Source of the DNA: a virus
Lineage: Duplodnaviria > Caudoviricetes
Strand: one strand, 5' to 3'
Length of the DNA: 64,000 nucleotides
IMG/VR virus record: IMGVR_UViG_3300010052_000154
Location: 1-64,000 of that record
Position 1 is the stretch's first letter; every line of letters starts with the position of its first letter. Positions 1 through 6,532 of this stretch are shown here, piece after piece. A program made the position numbers and the translations under genes. A model generated the notes under the pieces. The model was given only the letters and a program-made list of their open reading frames with translations. It was not told the DNA's origin and made no database searches.

Positions 1-282
1 TCAACGCGCGGCCCTCACCCAGCCGCGGGCCGTAACGGGCTCGAAGCGCCGCTTGCCATCCGTCAGCAGCTCGATCGCCTGCAGCCGGATCTCGGCTTCG
101 TCTTCGGAGACTTCCGCGAAGAGGCCGGCTTTGATCGCCGCGGCTGCGTCGGCGATCTTGTCCGCATCGATCCACGGCACGACCTCGACCAGGGCCAGCT
201 CGACGGCGGCGAGGCGCTTTTCAAGCTCTGTCATTCGCGCATGAAGGCGCCCGAGCGAGCCGGTCGTCAACACCGGGAACAA
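1..282 (-). CDS. Small hypothetical protein (start may be the ATG at 234)
   Basis: ORF with helical composition, no recognisable family. Confidence 0.45.
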   Translation of the reverse strand: MFPVLTTGSLGRLHARMTELEKRLAAVELALVEVVPWIDADKIADAAAAIKAGLFAEVSEDEAEIRLQAIELLTDGKRRFEPVTARGWVRAAR

Positions 283-308
283 TCCCCTGCGCGCCCCGTT
301 GGCCGCCC

Positions 309-512
309 ATGGCCATCAAGGACGAACGGCTTTCGGTCACACTCGGCGGCAAGGCTTGGCACGCCACCTATGACGTCACGCCCGACGCCATTGTGAAGGT
401 CAGCAGCGCCTACGGCTCGGACGAAGAGCACATGGCCATGGATGACGAGACGATCCCCGAACAAGCTGAGCGGATGTTCCGCGCGATCCTGGCCCGCTAC
501 GCCGCGCGCTAG
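309..512 (+). CDS. Small hypothetical protein
   Basis: 67 aa ORF with protein-like composition, stop overlaps the convergent gene. Confidence 0.5.
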   Translation: MAIKDERLSVTLGGKAWHATYDVTPDAIVKVSSAYGSDEEHMAMDDETIPEQAERMFRAILARYAAR

Positions 513-895
513 CGCTTCAGCCAGATCTTGGCCGCCCACCAGCCCATGCAGTCGAACTCTTCGCACTCATCATAGTCCTGGATCAGCACCATGTGCTCGA
601 TCAACGGACCGAGCCGCGCGAAGAACGTCTCATGCGCTTCTCCACCGCCCCAGATGTCGATCTCGGCCGGCCGATCGGGCTCCGGCCTGCGGCTCCAGTC
701 CGGCCGCCAATCGGCCGGCGGCGGGGAGAGCCAAATCAGCAGCTCAACCTCGCCAGGCGCCGCGCCCTCGAACGGCCGCTTGAAGACGTGCATGACATCG
801 GGATGGCTGGACCAGAACTCGACGTCGTCGACGCTGGTCCGTAGCCGAAGGTCGGCCGTCACCTTCCCAACCGGAAGGTCCCCGATCTGGTTCAT
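509..895 (-). CDS. Hypothetical protein, possibly SOS-regulated
   Basis: ATG at 895 preceded by GGAGAGG. LexA-like box about 20 nt upstream. Confidence 0.6.
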   Translation of the reverse strand: MNQIGDLPVGKVTADLRLRTSVDDVEFWSSHPDVMHVFKRPFEGAAPGEVELLIWLSPPPADWRPDWSRRPEPDRPAEIDIWGGGEAHETFFARLGPLIEHMVLIQDYDECEEFDCMGWWAAKIWLKR

Positions 896-914
896 GGCGC
901 CTCTCCGAAGACGT

Positions 915-929
915 GAACGAAAATGGAAC
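915..929 (-). promoter_or_regulatory. Alphaproteobacterial LexA (SOS) box
   Basis: GAAC-GAAAATG-GAAC is an exact GAAC-N7-GAAC match, upstream of the 509-895 gene. Confidence 0.55.
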
Positions 930-1034
930 ATCGCGCATCGTGAGGAACGAGTCGAGTCTGGCCCGTGGAGAAGCGGACCAGTCGCCAGCGAGCGGCTCGC
1001 GAATCAAATCGCGCCGCGGCTATGACCTCGCCCC

Positions 1035-1337
1035 ATGAAGCAGCACACCGGCGAGGAAATTCGAGCGATCATGGCGGACATGCCGGCCGAGGCCATCGAG
1101 CGCCTGAAGGCTGAGTACGCCGAGCATCAGATCACCGAGCATGAGGCCCGCTGGTGGGGCTACCTGATGTTTGCGCGGACGGGCGCCTACGAAGGAACCG
1201 CGTACGCGATCCCAGTCATGGGCGGCGGAGAGGTCCGTCAGGAGTTTCTCAGCTATGTGCTGGACGACCGCGAGGGAAACCGACGCCACGGGCTCATTCG
1301 CAAGCCGTGGCCGGAGAGCGGCTTCGACCGGAGATAA
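1035..1337 (+). CDS. Hypothetical protein
   Basis: 100 aa ORF, typical codon usage, fills the gap before the ncRNA array. Confidence 0.6.
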   Translation: MKQHTGEEIRAIMADMPAEAIERLKAEYAEHQITEHEARWWGYLMFARTGAYEGTAYAIPVMGGGEVRQEFLSYVLDDREGNRRHGLIRKPWPESGFDRR

Positions 1338-1356
1338 TGGCCACAATTTTTCAAAC

Positions 1357-1396
1357 CGCGCAGGATGCACGCTTTACAACCCGTGCAATCTGCGCG
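1357..1396 (+). promoter_or_regulatory. Inverted repeat / paired operator-like sites over the putative promoter of the Y-RNA-rsr operon
   Basis: CGCGCAGGATGCACG (1357-1371) and CGTGCAATCTGCGCG (1382-1396) flank TTTACA (1373-1378). The first RNA unit starts at 1406. Confidence 0.45.
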
Positions 1397-1405
1397 ATTG
1401 AAGCA

Positions 1406-1471
1406 GCGTCCGTGGTGAAGGACGGGGTTACTTCTTCTGGTGAAAGACCCCATCCGCCTGTTCCCGGACGC
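1406..1471 (+). ncRNA. Y-RNA-like unit 1 (short, no tRNA domain)
   Basis: Terminal stem GCGTCCG/CGGACGC, TGGTGAAG motif, inner stem GGACGGGGT/ACCCCATCC, TTACTTC and GCCTGTTCC motifs. Lies upstream of a TROVE gene. Confidence 0.7.
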
Positions 1472-1478
1472 GCAATTC

Positions 1479-1556
1479 TGTGGGTGGTGAAGGCGTCGGT
1501 TACTTCTTTGCATAGAAGGGCTTCGGCCCATTTCCGATGCCGCCTGTTCCCCCACG
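1479..1556 (+). ncRNA. Y-RNA-like unit 2
   Basis: Terminal stem GTGGG/CCCAC, TGGTGAAG, inner stem GGCGTCGG/CCGATGCC, TTACTTC, GCCTGTTCC, internal GGGC-TTCG-GCCC hairpin. Confidence 0.7.
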
Positions 1557-1563
1557 CTGATTT

Positions 1564-1697
1564 GCGGGTGGTGTAGAGGACGGTTACTTCGCTTTGGGAG
1601 CCGTAGGTCGCGGGTTCAAATCCCGCCGTCGAGCGCAAGCCCGATGTAGCTCAGTCTGGTAGAGCAACGACCGTTCCGTCCTCGCCTGTTCCCCCGC
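1564..1697 (+). ncRNA. yrlA: YrlA-like Y RNA with circularly permuted tRNA-Pro-like domain (unit 3)
   Basis: Same scaffold (GCGGG/CCCGC, TGGTGTAG, GAGGACGG/CCGTCCTC, TTACTTC, GCCTGTTCC). It encloses a T arm (1610-1626), an acceptor stem closed by a GCAA tetraloop (1627-1646) and a D arm (1649-1665), in T-acceptor-D order. Confidence 0.85.
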
Positions 1698-1742
1698 GCC
1701 TCGGGTTTTGCACGTCCGGTCGTCCGATAGAGGAGACCGAAA

Positions 1743-3056
1743 ATGCGCATCAACACCGCCCCGGCCCGCACGCCGGTTTTCACCCATCAAGGCTCCGCCG
1801 CCGCCCGCATGACCGCTGAGCAGGCGCTGCGCCGCTCGGTCCTCTCCTGCCTTCTGTGGGAGCGCGAGTTCTATGAGGACGGCCAGGCCATCGCGGAGCG
1901 CATCGAGGCGCTGGCCGACGAGGTCGACGCCCAGGTCCTCGCTGATCTGGCGGTGGAGGCGCGCTCTCAATTCCATCTGCGGCACGTGCCGTTGCTCCTG
2001 ACGCTGGCGCTGGCGAAGCGCGGCGGGCCGATTGTTGGCGACACCGTCGAGCGCGTTATCCAACGCGCCGACGAGTTGACCGAGCTGCTCGCGATCTACT
2101 GGCGTGGCGGCAAGCGCCCGGTTTCGAAGCAGCTCAAACTCGGCCTGGCCCGTGCCCTCCGCAAGTTCGACGCCTATCAACTCGCCAAGTACGACCGGGC
2201 CAACGCGGTGCGGCTGCGCGACGTCATGTTCCTGACCCATGCCAAGCCCAAGGACGACGCTCAGGCGGCGATCTGGGCCAAGCTCGCGGACGGCGAACTG
2301 GAAAGCCCCGACACCTGGGAGGTCGCGCTCTCGGGCGGCGCCGACAAGAAGGAGACGTTCGAGCGCCTGATCCGCGAGGGAAACCTCGGCTATCTGGCGC
2401 TTCTGCGGAACCTGCGGAACATGGCCACGGCCGGCTGCGATCCCGATCTCGTGCGCGACGCGATCGTCGCGCGCCGCAACGGCGCCGAGCGGGTTCTCCC
2501 GTTCCGCTTCGTAGCGGCTGCGCGCGCGGCGCCGCAGTTCGAGCCGGCGATCGACCAGGCGCTCTCCGAGGCGATCTCGGCGCTCCCGGTCCTGCCGGGC
2601 AAGACCGCTGTGCTGGTCGACGTCTCGGGCTCGATGGATGTCCAGCTCTCGCAACGGTCCGACCTCAAGCGGATCGACGCGGCCGCGGCGCTCGCTTCGG
2701 TGATCCATGGCGACCTGCGTGTCTTCTCGTTCTCGAACTCGATCGTCGAGGTCCCGCCGCGCCGGGGCATGGCCGGCGTCGATGCCGTGATCAAGTCGCA
2801 GCCGCACGGCGGTACCTACCTCGGCCAGGCTGTGGAGAAGATCAACGCCAGCGTGCCGTATGACCGCCTGATCGTGATCACGGACGAGCAGTCCGCAGAT
2901 GCGGTCCCGGCCCCGAAGGGCTTGGGCTACATGATCAACGTCGCCTCGGCCAAGAACGGCGTCGGCTATGGGCCCTGGGTCCATATCGACGGCTTCTCTG
3001 AGGCGGTGCTGCGCTTCATCGGCGAGCACGAGCGGGCCACAAACCAACTGGCCTAG
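1743..3056 (+). CDS. rsr: Ro60-related TROVE-domain RNA-binding protein with C-terminal vWA domain
   Basis: TROVE motifs (LRHVPLLL, FDAYQLAKY, TWEVALS, ALLRNLRNM) and vWA/MIDAS motifs (VLVDVSGSM, LIVITDEQS). RBS GAGGAG. Confidence 0.95.
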   Translation: MRINTAPARTPVFTHQGSAAARMTAEQALRRSVLSCLLWEREFYEDGQAIAERIEALADEVDAQVLADLAVEARSQFHLRHVPLLLTLALAKRGGPIVGDTVERVIQRADELTELLAIYWRGGKRPVSKQLKLGLARALRKFDAYQLAKYDRANAVRLRDVMFLTHAKPKDDAQAAIWAKLADGELESPDTWEVALSGGADKKETFERLIREGNLGYLALLRNLRNMATAGCDPDLVRDAIVARRNGAERVLPFRFVAAARAAPQFEPAIDQALSEAISALPVLPGKTAVLVDVSGSMDVQLSQRSDLKRIDAAAALASVIHGDLRVFSFSNSIVEVPPRRGMAGVDAVIKSQPHGGTYLGQAVEKINASVPYDRLIVITDEQSADAVPAPKGLGYMINVASAKNGVGYGPWVHIDGFSEAVLRFIGEHERATNQLA

Positions 3057-3065
3057 GAGGCCGAC

Positions 3066-4292
3066 ATGCAAGTTTTCGAAGGAAAGCGCGGCGGCCTCAT
3101 CAAGGCTTGGATCGATGGTGTCCAAGTCGAAGAGCAGGCCCGAAACCAGCTCGACAACATGGCGGCGATGCCGTTCATCCACAAACACGTCGCGGTCATG
3201 CCCGACGTGCATTGGGGGATGGGGGCAACGGTCGGCTCGGTGATCCCCACCCGCGGCGCGATCATTCCGGCGGCCGTGGGCGTGGACATCGGATGCGGCA
3301 TGTCGGCCCAACGCACCACGCTGACGGCCGCCGACCTGCCTGACAATCTGTTCGGCCTCCGCACGGAAATTGAAAAGCGGATCCCGCATGGCCGAACCGA
3401 CAACGGTGGCCCGGGCGACCGCGGCGCGTGGGGCGATGTCCCGCCGAGCCATGCCGCCGAGTTCGCACGCCTGTCCGCCGGCTTGGCGGAAATCGTCGCC
3501 AAGCACCCGAAGTTGGGCCAGCAGGCTGCGCGCGCGCAACATCACCTCGGCACGCTGGGGACGGGCAACCACTTCGTCGAGGTATGCCTGGACGAGGATG
3601 ATCGCGTCTGGATCATGCTTCACTCTGGCTCGCGAGGCATCGGAAACCGCATCGGCTCCTACTTCATCGAGAAGGCGAAGGAGGACATGCGGCGCTGGTT
3701 CATCGATCTGCCCGACCAGGACCTCGCCTACATTCCGCAGGGCTCGGAGCTCTACGGCGACTACATGAAGGCGCTCGCGTGGGCGCAGGGGTTTGCGCGC
3801 CTGAACCGAGATCTGATGATGGCGGCTGCAATTGAGGCGTTGTCCGTCTCGGTGCCGAAGCCCTTCGCTTGCGACTGCGCGGCCGTGAACTGCCACCACA
3901 ACTATGTCGCCCAGGAGCATCATTTCGGGGCCGACGTGCTGGTGACGCGGAAAGGCGCGGTGCGGATCAGCGAGACGGAACTGGGTATCATCCCCGGCTC
4001 CATGGGCGCGAGATCGTTCATCGTGCGAGCCAAACCCGGTTCGGCTCTGGCGATGGCCATGAACTCGTGCTCGCACGGCGCCGGCCGCGCGATGTCTCGC
4101 GGCGAGGCGAAGCGCCGCTTCTCGCTTGAGGACCATGCGAAGGCCATGCAGGGGGTAGAGGCCCGGCTCGACGCCGACGTGATCGACGAAACGCCGGCGG
4201 CCTACAAGGACATCGACGCCGTCATGGCGGCGCAGGCCGACCACGTCGATATCGTCCACACGCTGAAGCAAGTCGTCTGCGTGAAGGGCTGA
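3066..4292 (+). CDS. rtcB: RtcB RNA 2',3'-cyclic/3'-phosphate-5'-OH ligase
   Basis: Motifs MPDVHWG, VGVDIGCGM, GTLGTGNHF, HSGSRG, CHHNY, SCSHGAGR. Confidence 0.97.
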   Translation: MQVFEGKRGGLIKAWIDGVQVEEQARNQLDNMAAMPFIHKHVAVMPDVHWGMGATVGSVIPTRGAIIPAAVGVDIGCGMSAQRTTLTAADLPDNLFGLRTEIEKRIPHGRTDNGGPGDRGAWGDVPPSHAAEFARLSAGLAEIVAKHPKLGQQAARAQHHLGTLGTGNHFVEVCLDEDDRVWIMLHSGSRGIGNRIGSYFIEKAKEDMRRWFIDLPDQDLAYIPQGSELYGDYMKALAWAQGFARLNRDLMMAAAIEALSVSVPKPFACDCAAVNCHHNYVAQEHHFGADVLVTRKGAVRISETELGIIPGSMGARSFIVRAKPGSALAMAMNSCSHGAGRAMSRGEAKRRFSLEDHAKAMQGVEARLDADVIDETPAAYKDIDAVMAAQADHVDIVHTLKQVVCVKG

Positions 4293-4924
4293 TGACCGGC
4301 GAGGAGCTGAAACTCGCCTTGGTCGCTCTCTTCGGCGGCCACGGCTGGCAGACCCGGGCGGCACAGGCCCTCGGGACGGACACCAGCTCCATCCGGCGCT
4401 GGACCAGCGGACAGATCCCTGTCCCTGGCCCAGTTGCCGCGGCGGTGGCCTGGCGGGGCGAACTGGAAGCGAGGAAGAGCGCCGTGTTCTCGGAAGTGAT
4501 CTTCGACATGGACGGCACGCTGGCCGACGTCGAGCACCGACGCCCCTTCGTCACCGGCCCCGAGCCAAACTGGCCGGCGTGGAATGACCGCATGGGTGAT
4601 GATCCGCCAAACGCCCCTATCGTCGCCCTCGCCCGCATGTTCCACGACGCCGGCGCCAAGATCATCGTCAGCACCGGCCGGGACGAGCGATTTCGACGCC
4701 TGACCGAGACGTGGCTGATGTTCCACGAGGTGCCGGTCCACCGCATGTACATGCGAAAGGACGGCGATTCCCGGGCCGACCACGTGATCAAGCTGGAGAT
4801 GCTCGCCGATATCCGCGCCGATGGCTTCGATCCGCGCCTTGTGGTCGATGATCGAACTAGCGTCGTGGAGATGTGGCGCGCCGCAGGGCTGACCTGCCTG
4901 CAATGCGCTCCGGGAGATTTCTGA
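4292..4924 (+). CDS. XRE-like HTH fused to a HAD phosphatase resembling the 3'-phosphatase domain of phage polynucleotide kinase
   Basis: N-terminal HTH (TRAAQALGTDTSSIRRWTSG). HAD motif I DMDGTLAD, STGRDE, VDDRTSVVEMWRAAGLTCLQ. Confidence 0.85.
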   Translation: MTGEELKLALVALFGGHGWQTRAAQALGTDTSSIRRWTSGQIPVPGPVAAAVAWRGELEARKSAVFSEVIFDMDGTLADVEHRRPFVTGPEPNWPAWNDRMGDDPPNAPIVALARMFHDAGAKIIVSTGRDERFRRLTETWLMFHEVPVHRMYMRKDGDSRADHVIKLEMLADIRADGFDPRLVVDDRTSVVEMWRAAGLTCLQCAPGDF

Positions 4925-5913
4925 TGCGCTCGCTGGTCGAGATGAAGTTCGGCTCGCACCTCTACGGCACGGCGACGCCGGCGAGCGATCTGGACCTGAA
5001 GCTGGTTCACGTGCCCGCGCCGCGGGACATCCTGCTCCAGCGCGCGAAAGCCGTGGTCAACCAGCAGACCAAGGCGTGCGCCAACGCCAAAAACTCGGCC
5101 GACGACATCGACCGCGAGAGCTTCTCGCTGCAGAAGTTCCTCGCCTTGGTCGCGGAGGGTCAAACGGTGGCGCTCGACATGCTCTTCGCGCCAGCCTGGG
5201 CGTTCATCGGGCCGGTCGATCCGATCTGGGAGCTGATCCAGCCCAACCGCGGCCGCCTCCTGACGCGCCGCTATTCGAGCTTCGTCGGCTATTGCCGGAC
5301 CCAGGCGAACAAGTACGGAATCCGCGGCTCGCGTGTCGCTGCGGCGCGGAAGGCGTTGACCTTTCTCACAGACGCCCTGGCGCACGGCGCTCAGACCAAG
5401 CTGGCGGCGTTCGGTCGAGAGGTGACGGTGATGGCCGCCGAAACCGAGCACATGGCAGTGGTCAACATTCCATCGCAGTCCGGGACCGACGTGTTCCATT
5501 GGGAGGTCTGCGGTCGCAAGATGCCCTTCACTTCGAGCGTCAAGTCGGCCCAGGAGATCATGCAGCGGGTCGTCGACGAGTACGGCCATCGCGCCCTCGC
5601 CGCCGAGCGCAACGAAGGCGTGGACTGGAAGGCGCTCTCGCGCGCCGTCCGCATTGCGCGCCAAGCGATCGAGTTGCTCGACACTGGCGAGGTGATCTTC
5701 CCACGGCCGGACGCGGCGGACCTTCTCGCGATCAAGACCGGCGAGCGGCCCTATCAGGCGGTTGCGGACGAGATCGAGGCGCTCCTGCAGGGAGTTGAGG
5801 ATGCCGCGGCTCGGTCCGCCCTGCCCGACGCACCTGACGTCTCGTGGATGGAGGACCTCGTGGCGGCGACTTACCGAGACGAGGTACTGCGTGCGGCGAC
5901 CGACGCCGCCTGA
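4924..5913 (+). CDS. DNA polymerase beta-superfamily nucleotidyltransferase (RlaP / phage NrdC.11-like)
   Basis: GSHLYGTATPASDLD signature and C-terminal DWKALSRAVR...LLAIKTG helical domain. ATG overlaps the upstream TGA. Confidence 0.85.
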   Translation: MRSLVEMKFGSHLYGTATPASDLDLKLVHVPAPRDILLQRAKAVVNQQTKACANAKNSADDIDRESFSLQKFLALVAEGQTVALDMLFAPAWAFIGPVDPIWELIQPNRGRLLTRRYSSFVGYCRTQANKYGIRGSRVAAARKALTFLTDALAHGAQTKLAAFGREVTVMAAETEHMAVVNIPSQSGTDVFHWEVCGRKMPFTSSVKSAQEIMQRVVDEYGHRALAAERNEGVDWKALSRAVRIARQAIELLDTGEVIFPRPDAADLLAIKTGERPYQAVADEIEALLQGVEDAAARSALPDAPDVSWMEDLVAATYRDEVLRAATDAA

Positions 5914-5963
5914 ACTTGTAAGGAACGCTTACAGGTTGCGCTTCGCCGGAACGCTGCTATCTA
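5913..5963 (+). promoter_or_regulatory. Inverted repeat plus putative sigma70 promoter for the tRNA cluster
   Basis: AACTTGTAAG-N5-CTTACAGGTT (5913-5937) overlaps TTGCGC (5936-5941). TGC-TATCTA at 5955-5963. Confidence 0.4.
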
Positions 5964-6057
5964 CACGCCATGGATCGCACCCGCGCCCACTGCCGATTTA
6001 CCTGCCGAAATTCGCAGGTCACCGCCCGCTAGATCAGCGGGCGAGCTACCTGCTGTT

Positions 6058-6132
6058 GAAGGGGTAGCTCAGTGGTAGAGCGGGAGGCTGAAGACCTCCG
6101 CGTCGGCGGTTCGATCCCGTCCCCCTTCACCA
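6058..6132 (+). tRNA. tRNA-Phe(GAA)
   Basis: Full cloverleaf: acceptor GAAGGGG/CCCCTTC, loop CTGAAGA, T loop TTCGATC, encoded CCA. Confidence 0.95.
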
Positions 6133-6134
6133 AC

Positions 6135-6209
6135 GAGCCGATGGCCGAGTGGTTTAGGCGCGGGACTGCAAATCCCGTCACGCGAGTTCGATCCTCGCTC
6201 GGCTCTCCA
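6135..6209 (+). tRNA. tRNA-Cys(GCA)
   Basis: Acceptor GAGCCGA/TCGGCTC, U73, loop CTGCAAA, encoded CCA. Confidence 0.95.
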
Positions 6210-6219
6210 ACCTTTCCAC

Positions 6220-6295
6220 TGGACCGTAGCTCAGTCGGTAGAGCAGCGCCCTGTTAAGGCGACGGTCGCAGGTTCGAGCCCTGCCGGTCCAGCCA
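6220..6295 (+). tRNA. tRNA-Asn(GTT)
   Basis: Acceptor TGGACCG/CGGTCCA, G73, loop CTGTTAA, encoded CCA. G-A mismatch at the top of the anticodon stem. Confidence 0.93.
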
Positions 6296-6296
6296 A

Positions 6297-6372
6297 TGCC
6301 GGGAAGTTTAACGGGTTGAACGCCCCGCTTTGGACGGGGAAGTAGCAGGTTCGAGCCCTGCGCCGGCAGCCA
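6297..6372 (+). tRNA. tRNA-Gln(TTG)
   Basis: Acceptor TGCCGGG/GCCGGCA with a G-G mismatch at 7:66, stem CCCCG/CGGGG, loop CTTTGGA, encoded CCA. Confidence 0.88.
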
Positions 6373-6383
6373 GTTCAAACGAC

Positions 6384-6415
6384 GAAAGGCCCCGCCGGCC
6401 GGAGCCAGCGGGGCC
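6384..6415 (-). terminator. Intrinsic terminator ending the late/lysis operon
   Basis: GGCCCCGC...GCGGGGCC hairpin followed by TTTC on the minus strand, between converging units. Confidence 0.55.
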
Positions 6416-6532
6416 AGTAGGCCAGGAATCCTGGCGAACTCGATTTTCAGCGCCCGATCAGCCTATCGGCGATCCAGAGCGCGGCCGCCCCGCCGCAGGC
6501 GGCGCAGGCCATCCAGAACGTGAAGTTGTCCA

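Noticed and set aside
1593-1671. Functional tRNA-Pro gene
   Set aside because: The arms are in permuted order, the acceptor end is closed by a tetraloop, and there is no CCA.
1406-1697. CRISPR array interpretation of the repeated motifs
   Set aside because: The conserved parts are short, split motifs inside self-paired units rather than identical direct repeats. No cas genes are present, and the adjacent TROVE gene explains them as Y RNAs.
1338-1742. Sigma54 promoter / RtcR control as in enterobacterial rtc operons
   Set aside because: No convincing TGGCAC-N5-TTGC element was found by eye, and no rtcR or rtcA is in the window.
1584-4364. 926-aa minus-strand ORF, and similar long antisense ORFs at 16700-19615, 19769-21697, 32647-35274 and 46158-47867
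   Set aside because: These are shadow frames of real high-GC genes on the opposite strand, with Arg/Gly/Ala-rich composition and no motifs.
5990-6050. Hammerhead ribozyme in the tRNA leader
   Set aside because: CTGCCGA and CGAAA only loosely resemble the CUGANGA/GAAA core, and the three-stem topology does not fit.
6058-6372. tRNA cluster as the prophage integration site
   Set aside because: No duplicated tRNA 3' end or integrase is visible in the window. This cannot be excluded beyond the right edge.
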